Below, one piece after another: positions 45,624-50,793 of a stretch of 50,793 bases of DNA. Each line of letters begins with the position of its first letter. The first letter of the stretch is position 1. Source of the stretch: a virus (lineage: Duplodnaviria; Caudoviricetes); IMG/VR virus record IMGVR_UViG_3300049914_000028, positions 1 through 50,793 of that record; one strand, 5' to 3'. A program made the translations under genes and the position numbers. The notes under the pieces are model-generated. The model searched no databases, was not told the DNA's origin, and worked only from the letters and a program-made list of their open reading frames with translations.

Positions 45624-47321
45624 ATGATGGCAATAACTAAACCACAACTTGACAGATTGAATTCGATGACAGCAGGAGAACGAAATCTTGTCAAAAATAT
45701 GAACCCCGGACTATACGCAGCAGCAGAAAAATATCTCGGACCGGCTCCTACGGTCAGTCTGGAATACGGGGTGAGACAAGCGGGAAGAGTGGGTGAACCC
45801 ATCCCCTATGAAGAGCCGACAAAACTGACATCTATGACGGATATGGCGTTGTTTGATCCAAATATCGTTGCAATCCGGCCAGCAGGGAGAGGCAACGGAA
45901 GTGAATCACAAATTTATTACAAGGATGGTACATCGAAGTTTATTTCAAAAGAACAGGGCGGTGGTTTTCTGTATTATTTAAGTCCTGATTTAGTGAGAGC
46001 TGAACAGGGCGGAAGTGACACCGATACATTTTACTTTGCGGATGGTACGACAGCAGAAGCACTAAATCCAAGTTCGCAACATAGTGGAAACTTTTTCGAT
46101 GACCAAAATTGGTGTCCCTATTTGATAGGAGGAGCTTACGCAGCTGTCGCTGCATACGTCGCAGTTCCATACGTGTTAGGGGCGGCGGCAGGTGCCGCTG
46201 AAGGAGGTCTTGACGCTGCAATGGCGGCAAGCGCAGCATCTTCAGCGGGAGAATTGGGTGCTATGGGGGGTGCCGGAGCTGGAGCAGCTGGTGCCGGTAC
46301 TGCTGGTTTAACAACGGGATTAAGTGAGACTGCCGGAATGACCGCAGCAGAAATCGCGGCTGAGGGTGCGCCATACGGTTATGGTGCGGCGCAGGCTGTT
46401 ACGCAGGCGGCAGCACAATCCGGCGTTACTTTAACCGCAGAACAGGCGGCGGCGGCAACTACACAGGTGGCAACAGGGGCGGCTGGCGCTGGCGCGGGCG
46501 GTGCGGGAGCGGCGGGTGCATGGACTGCCGGACAGTATCTACAAGCAGCTAACCTCGCAATCACCGCCGTAACTACCGGGGCGGCAATGCTCGGCGGCGG
46601 AGATAAGACTGCAACGGCAACGACGACAACGACCCCTACGGGACCGGGTTCAAATCCGATGCCGGGCGGAGGGGGGGGGACAGCGGGGGCTGCTACATTT
46701 GAGGATTACATAAACGACTTCTATGGACTCGCGGGCGACAAGAGCGTTAAAACGAGGACTTCAGAGGATCAAGTCGCATTGGAAGGGTATCAGAAGGCAC
46801 TCTTAGACTCACTTACTGGACTTGACACTAAACATCTTGCAGACACAAGGGCCGCTGTATTGCCTTATCAGAACCAACTGACCGATATTGGCAATCAATT
46901 AGCCGGTAACACCGGACTGGGGAAACAGGTTGCTTTTGGGTTCGGCGGGAAGCAAATGGCAAGTTTTGTTCCCAAAACCAACCGAGACCTTGCAAATCAA
47001 CTTCTTGGAATTGGCCGGGAAGGGTCGCAAATCAACACCGGACTGGTGGACATGGGGTATAAATCAGGAACGGATTTGGCAACGAGACAGTTCGGATTTA
47101 ACTCTGAAAATCTTCCGAATAAAGCGGCGGATACATATTCTGCCAAGTTGGAAGCGTTGATGAAATATCTCAATCCGAATAGTGGATCGACCTCGACAAC
47201 TACCGGGACGGTTCCCGGCGTTCCGTGGTACACCACGCTTTTGCAGGGACTTAATACAGGCGTGAATCTGTGGTCTGCTATCGAGAACCCGCGCACGAAC
47301 ACGAGCACCAGCACAAAGTAG
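45624..47321 (+). CDS. Internal virion / ejection protein (Ala/Gly-rich, membrane-inserting type)
   Basis: Long AG-rich hydrophobic segment; position in the ejection block. Confidence 0.65.
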   Translation: MMAITKPQLDRLNSMTAGERNLVKNMNPGLYAAAEKYLGPAPTVSLEYGVRQAGRVGEPIPYEEPTKLTSMTDMALFDPNIVAIRPAGRGNGSESQIYYKDGTSKFISKEQGGGFLYYLSPDLVRAEQGGSDTDTFYFADGTTAEALNPSSQHSGNFFDDQNWCPYLIGGAYAAVAAYVAVPYVLGAAAGAAEGGLDAAMAASAASSAGELGAMGGAGAGAAGAGTAGLTTGLSETAGMTAAEIAAEGAPYGYGAAQAVTQAAAQSGVTLTAEQAAAATTQVATGAAGAGAGGAGAAGAWTAGQYLQAANLAITAVTTGAAMLGGGDKTATATTTTTPTGPGSNPMPGGGGGTAGAATFEDYINDFYGLAGDKSVKTRTSEDQVALEGYQKALLDSLTGLDTKHLADTRAAVLPYQNQLTDIGNQLAGNTGLGKQVAFGFGGKQMASFVPKTNRDLANQLLGIGREGSQINTGLVDMGYKSGTDLATRQFGFNSENLPNKAADTYSAKLEALMKYLNPNSGSTSTTTGTVPGVPWYTTLLQGLNTGVNLWSAIENPRTNTSTSTK

Positions 47322-47330
47322 GAGGCTAAC

Positions 47331-48605
47331 ATGCCCGACATTAGTTATCAGCAACGATTACTTGCGGCGATGCAAGACCCGAATTCCGAAAGTTCTCCTA
47401 TGGGCGCATTGCGGGCGCTTGGCGGTTCAATCGGAAACGCATGGCAGGGGTATCAGGGAAGGACCGACGAACAGGATGCGACAAAGTTCTTTATAGATAA
47501 TCCCGCTACCCCGGAGACTATTCAACAATTCGGCGCAGCCCACCCGCAGATGCCGATGGTGGATGTTTATAGAATTGCCGGGTTGATTAAAACCCAAAAG
47601 AAGGCGCAACAGGCAAAAGATATGTTCAAGGCCCTCGATAGTGCTGTTGCAAACGGGGTGGAACTTGACGAAAAGAAACTTGCGGAAATTCATGCACAGT
47701 ACCCGGACGTTCCTCAAACAGATGTAATGCAGTTAATGGAACTCAAACAAAAGGTTGGTCACGGGTTTGATGAAGCGAAGAAACTCAGAGACGAGAATAC
47801 TCGTCAAGTGGGGTTGAGTAAGGAACTCGATAAAATGACTTCTCCTTATCAGGTTGTGGAAGGGGTTGAATCGCAACCCGTTACTGACCCTAATGCCACG
47901 ATGGGCGGAGAAACAAGTTATCCAGCACTTAAAATGAAAACCGTCACGCCGAAAGTAACGGCGGCGGAACTATACCGGGCGGTTATACCTTATTTAGACG
48001 CTAAAGATGCCGCGACATTGGTTGGTAAAATGGCGGAAACTGAAAGAAAAGATCAAGGTCTTACTATAAAGGATGTCTTTGAACATGGGTATAAATATAC
48101 TCCCGAATCCTTAAAGGTATTTAGTAAGTCGTTTGATGTAGGCGATTTGGTGCCGATAGAAAAAGTAACGACCCCGCAAATCCGTTCCGTTGATCGTGGG
48201 GATGTGGTTGACATTTACGAAAATGGCGTGAAGGTTAGGACGGAAAAGAAGGGTATGACGCCAAATCAGGCGGCGAAACCCGAGGAAGGTCCGACCTCTG
48301 CCGACCTGAAACGGTTGGGTGAGATGATAACGGCGGCAACCAATAGTGGAAAAGAAGACCCGAGCGCAAACGACAAAGCACTTATTACAAAGGCCGCGAA
48401 TATGGCCGGATATGACTTTGTAAATACCAAAGGTTCGACTCCGGGTGTTCTGTGGGGCACTAATCCGACAAGTACGTGGGATTTGGTTCCGAAAGTGGCG
48501 ACGACGATTTCCAAGACGGGTGGGAACGGCAAGAAACAAATCGGAACCAAGGGTGGAAAGCCGGTTTATGACCTTGGCAACGGGCAATGGCAGGTAGGGG
48601 ATTAG
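47331..48605 (+). CDS. Internal virion / ejection protein
   Basis: RBS GGAGG; helical; ends '…YDLGNGQWQVGD'. Confidence 0.6.
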   Translation: MPDISYQQRLLAAMQDPNSESSPMGALRALGGSIGNAWQGYQGRTDEQDATKFFIDNPATPETIQQFGAAHPQMPMVDVYRIAGLIKTQKKAQQAKDMFKALDSAVANGVELDEKKLAEIHAQYPDVPQTDVMQLMELKQKVGHGFDEAKKLRDENTRQVGLSKELDKMTSPYQVVEGVESQPVTDPNATMGGETSYPALKMKTVTPKVTAAELYRAVIPYLDAKDAATLVGKMAETERKDQGLTIKDVFEHGYKYTPESLKVFSKSFDVGDLVPIEKVTTPQIRSVDRGDVVDIYENGVKVRTEKKGMTPNQAAKPEEGPTSADLKRLGEMITAATNSGKEDPSANDKALITKAANMAGYDFVNTKGSTPGVLWGTNPTSTWDLVPKVATTISKTGGNGKKQIGTKGGKPVYDLGNGQWQVGD

Positions 48606-48606
48606 G

Positions 48607-50793
48607 GTGGAAATAGTTCAGGCGGATTCCATAGAACTTGATAAGGGGTCAAACATCTTCGCTGCTGGTTCGTTTGAACTGGACGCGCCGAAGTCGAACC
48701 TTGCGCCGTTTGATATTGCCCTGTCTGAGGGGGAGAATCCTACGGAAACTGCCAAGAAGATTGTTGTTGGTGGCGGCAATATAGTCCCTGCCGGATCGTT
48801 GAAACTGGATGAAGGAAACTCTATTGTCGATCAAACCGCAGGTTACGCGCATACCACGAGAGCCATTGCCGAAACTGGCGCGGGACTGGCGACCGGATTC
48901 ATTGCATTCCCCGTTTCGCAACTACGTGGATTATGGGAATACGCGATAACATTAGGTGATAAAAAAGCCGCTGCCGCCGCAGAAGAAGCATGGGCCAAAG
49001 CAATTCAGTTTGAACCGACCACAAAAGAAGCTCAAGGTGTAATGCAGACGGTCAGTATGGCTATTGGACCAATATTCAATACCCTAAAGCAGATGGGGGA
49101 ATCTTCTCCTGCTGGATATCCGGGTGGCGTTGCTGCTCAATTAGGGGGAGCGGTTTTACTCGGAAAGGCCGGAAGGGTCATCAAGGGTGAGATAAAAGGG
49201 GGCATTGCCGACGTAAAGGAATCCCTACGCAGTACGGAAGAGGCGTTGAAGTTTGGAGAGGAACCTATTCCCCGCGCGTTGCCTCCGGCGGAGATCCCCA
49301 TTGAGAGAGGAAAGATTGTCGCCCTTGAGTCCATTAAACTGGACGAGGTTACACCAAAAACACTTGTAGCCGAGACTTTACCGTCCCCCTCCCCCCTGCC
49401 GGAAGTGGGGGCAAAGGGTGAACCATATTGGCCGAAGTCCGATGAGGCAAGATTCGCTTTTGATGAAATGAAAAGTCAACTTGAAGCAGGCGCGCCAAGA
49501 GGCGTCAACGAAATTGAAGGCGAAACTTTTGCGTTTGGTTCGTCTTATCCGCAGTGGTTTAGAGATATTTCTAAAAAGCATGATATGAAGGCAAAAGATA
49601 CCATTTCATTTATCAATAAATATCTGTTAGGAACGGAACCTGTTCCCCGTACATTCAAGGGGCAACTTACCGATAGACAAGGGGCAATATATGATGATAT
49701 AATTAAGGCCGCAAAAAAGGAGGCAGAACCTTATGGCAGAATCCAAGAAGACATTGACGCCCTCGCAGGAGCGGATAAAGAAAGTGTTAAAAATGCGTTT
49801 CTTGAAGAAATTGAAGCAGAAGAGGGACTTACAGAATCAGAACTCGTCTTCGCCGCACGAGACGCAGAAGAGTTCTTAACTCCAAAGAAACCACTCTTCA
49901 CGAATAAAACCGGTGAAGGTAGAGTAACCAAGGCCGCAAACGACATCAATAAGGCGATGGTCGAAAAGGGTTTTGAAGAATTATCCCAAGATCAACTTGC
50001 GATGTATGACCCGATTACAAAAGCGGCGACAACCCAAAAAATTGCAGACATGATGTCTGATACGCAGAAGTCAAAGGATATGGCGGCAGGAAGGGAATCC
50101 TTTCCTTCGGGGACCAATGGAGCAGAAAAACAGGTCTTGTTTAACGCAGTAAAGAAAAAGGCATTCGCAGAGGGCGACGTTGATACAATGATGAATTTGG
50201 CACGGTCGCCGATGGCTACAGAGAGAAGTGTTGCGGCTCAGACCCTGGGAGCATCGGGATGGGATAATAGTCTTGAAGACCCCGTTAAGGTCATGCAGGA
50301 TGTGTCTAAGGCGCGGACGGAACAAATAGCCAAAATAACCGGAAAGAAACCTTCTACGGCGGAAGAAGTGGCAAAACTAAGCCAACATGTGACAGATTTA
50401 GAGGCGGCACTTGCAGAGCGAAGGGCTATCACAACCGTCGAGAAGATAAAAAACGAGGTTGCAAAGGAACAACGCCAGACTAAACGGACATACGCGAAAC
50501 AGGAACTTTCAACCGAATTTGATGGATTGATAAAGGAACTCAATTCTGTCCTCGGCGGTCAATTAAGTATGGGCGTTGACCCGACGGCTGCGTTAATTCT
50601 CGGCAAGATGGCAAAGAACAGAGTCCAGTCGGGTATTATTACAGTCGAAGGGTTAGTGGATTCCATCTATACCGCCGTGAAGAACGCCGGTCTTGATCTG
50701 AGCAAACGCGACATCATGGATGCGATTTCGGGATATGGAAAATATAAGCAACTTTCAAAAGATGAGATATTGGTGCAGTTACGCGACCTCAAA
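48607..50793 (+). CDS. N-terminal part (~729 aa) of the large ejection protein; continues at position 1
   Basis: GTG at 48607; no in-frame stop seen to the window end; absent from the ORF track because it has no stop. Confidence 0.75.
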   Translation, partial: MEIVQADSIELDKGSNIFAAGSFELDAPKSNLAPFDIALSEGENPTETAKKIVVGGGNIVPAGSLKLDEGNSIVDQTAGYAHTTRAIAETGAGLATGFIAFPVSQLRGLWEYAITLGDKKAAAAAEEAWAKAIQFEPTTKEAQGVMQTVSMAIGPIFNTLKQMGESSPAGYPGGVAAQLGGAVLLGKAGRVIKGEIKGGIADVKESLRSTEEALKFGEEPIPRALPPAEIPIERGKIVALESIKLDEVTPKTLVAETLPSPSPLPEVGAKGEPYWPKSDEARFAFDEMKSQLEAGAPRGVNEIEGETFAFGSSYPQWFRDISKKHDMKAKDTISFINKYLLGTEPVPRTFKGQLTDRQGAIYDDIIKAAKKEAEPYGRIQEDIDALAGADKESVKNAFLEEIEAEEGLTESELVFAARDAEEFLTPKKPLFTNKTGEGRVTKAANDINKAMVEKGFEELSQDQLAMYDPITKAATTQKIADMMSDTQKSKDMAAGRESFPSGTNGAEKQVLFNAVKKKAFAEGDVDTMMNLARSPMATERSVAAQTLGASGWDNSLEDPVKVMQDVSKARTEQIAKITGKKPSTAEEVAKLSQHVTDLEAALAERRAITTVEKIKNEVAKEQRQTKRTYAKQELSTEFDGLIKELNSVLGGQLSMGVDPTAALILGKMAKNRVQSGIITVEGLVDSIYTAVKNAGLDLSKRDIMDAISGYGKYKQLSKDEILVQLRDLK

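Noticed and set aside
28690-50543. Numerous minus-strand ORFs of 60-190 aa opposite the structural genes
   Set aside because: They are antisense shadows of well-supported plus-strand genes, without RBSs or recognisable motifs.
1-50793. Alternative genetic code or stop-codon reassignment
   Set aside because: Genes are long and tightly packed under the standard code, and TAA, TAG and TGA are all used as coupled stops.

Overview
The window looks like an essentially complete, circularly permuted ~50.8 kb tailed-phage genome with podovirus-like architecture: no tape measure or sheath, and large internal/ejection proteins. The last ORF (48607..50793, omitted from the ORF track) runs off the end in frame with 1..1950. 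Modules: tail fibre and lysis (2.1-7.6 kb); attP with the 3' end of a tRNA-Sec-like gene next to a 5'-truncated tyrosine integrase (8.3-8.9 kb); leftward early/recombination arm (9-17.9 kb) containing an IS607-type insertion; divergent promoters with a single HTH gene; rightward HNH/phosphoesterase/replication arm (18-23.5 kb); a leftward island behind a sigma54-type promoter (23.6-26.3 kb); then TerS, TerL, portal, scaffold, capsid, adaptor, tail nozzle and ejection proteins, with two free-standing GIY-YIG endonucleases. The host may be an anaerobic Desulfobacterota/deltaproteobacterium (weak inference from the selC-like att and sigma54 promoter). The most interesting signals: (1) a four-copy, covarying RNA hairpin that overlaps three late terminators, with one copy directly behind an unannotated 59-aa DUF2292/YezD/OscA-like gene, a candidate small-protein/RNA antitermination system; (2) a TnpB-less IS607-type element with methyltransferase-like cargo inserted precisely into a Shine-Dalgarno sequence; (3) homing endonucleases that appear to replace the 3' end of their target gene with a recoded copy; (4) a dif-like site with DnaA boxes in a phage whose integrase is broken; (5) a ~380-nt highly structured early leader RNA. 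All family calls come from motif recognition by eye, not from database searches.
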